This document shows, piece after piece, positions 63,860 to 64,000 of a DNA stretch of 64,000 bases. Below the pieces are notes generated by a model that worked only from the letters and a program-made list of their open reading frames with translations, was not told where the DNA came from and made no database searches. Made by a program: the position numbers and the translations under genes. How positions within the stretch are numbered: position 1 is the stretch's first letter; each line of letters starts with the position of its first letter. This stretch comes from Neocallimastix sp. 'constans' (Eukaryota): NCBI GenBank assembly GCA_050613775.1, contig JBODTK010000137.1, positions 124,001-188,000 on the forward strand, given 5' to 3'.

Positions 63860-64000
63860 TATTTATTTTCCTTTATAATAACTTTTTTAAATTTACTTCT
63901 TACGGAAATGAAAAAGAAAAAAAGTGTAAAGTTAAAAAAAAAAAAAAAAAAAAGTGAGAATTAAAGCTCTTTATATTTGAGGAAAAATTTTTATATTTAA

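Overview
Extremely AT-rich, intron-containing eukaryotic DNA. Gene content and architecture fit an anaerobic gut fungus (Neocallimastigomycota); this is an inference. The left half (1-31 kb) is a housekeeping and chromatin block: a glycosyltransferase-like type II membrane protein, a 4-LIM paxillin-like protein, DNA polymerase delta (POL3), an intronless bacterial-looking DTW tRNA-modifying enzyme, RPT5, a BET/BDF1 double-bromodomain protein, an HP1/Swi6-like protein whose ATG appears split by an intron, and WDR89, which needs a 5-nt microexon. The middle (31-38 kb) is a transposon graveyard with Copia-like, Gypsy, MULE and LINE relics. Next come an intronless secreted GH3 beta-glucosidase, an unexplained ~125-bp GC-rich structured island, and a solute-binding-protein/7TM receptor. 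Positions 49.3-61.7 kb hold a three-level nest of related single-ORF APE-RT non-LTR retrotransposons. Element B sits inside A with a 13-bp TSD. Full-length element C is flanked by a 225-bp direct duplication spanning the A/B junction. B and C have structured 5' leaders that begin CCCC. The window ends with a two-exon gene for an unknown protein with a Q/N/G/Y-rich segment.
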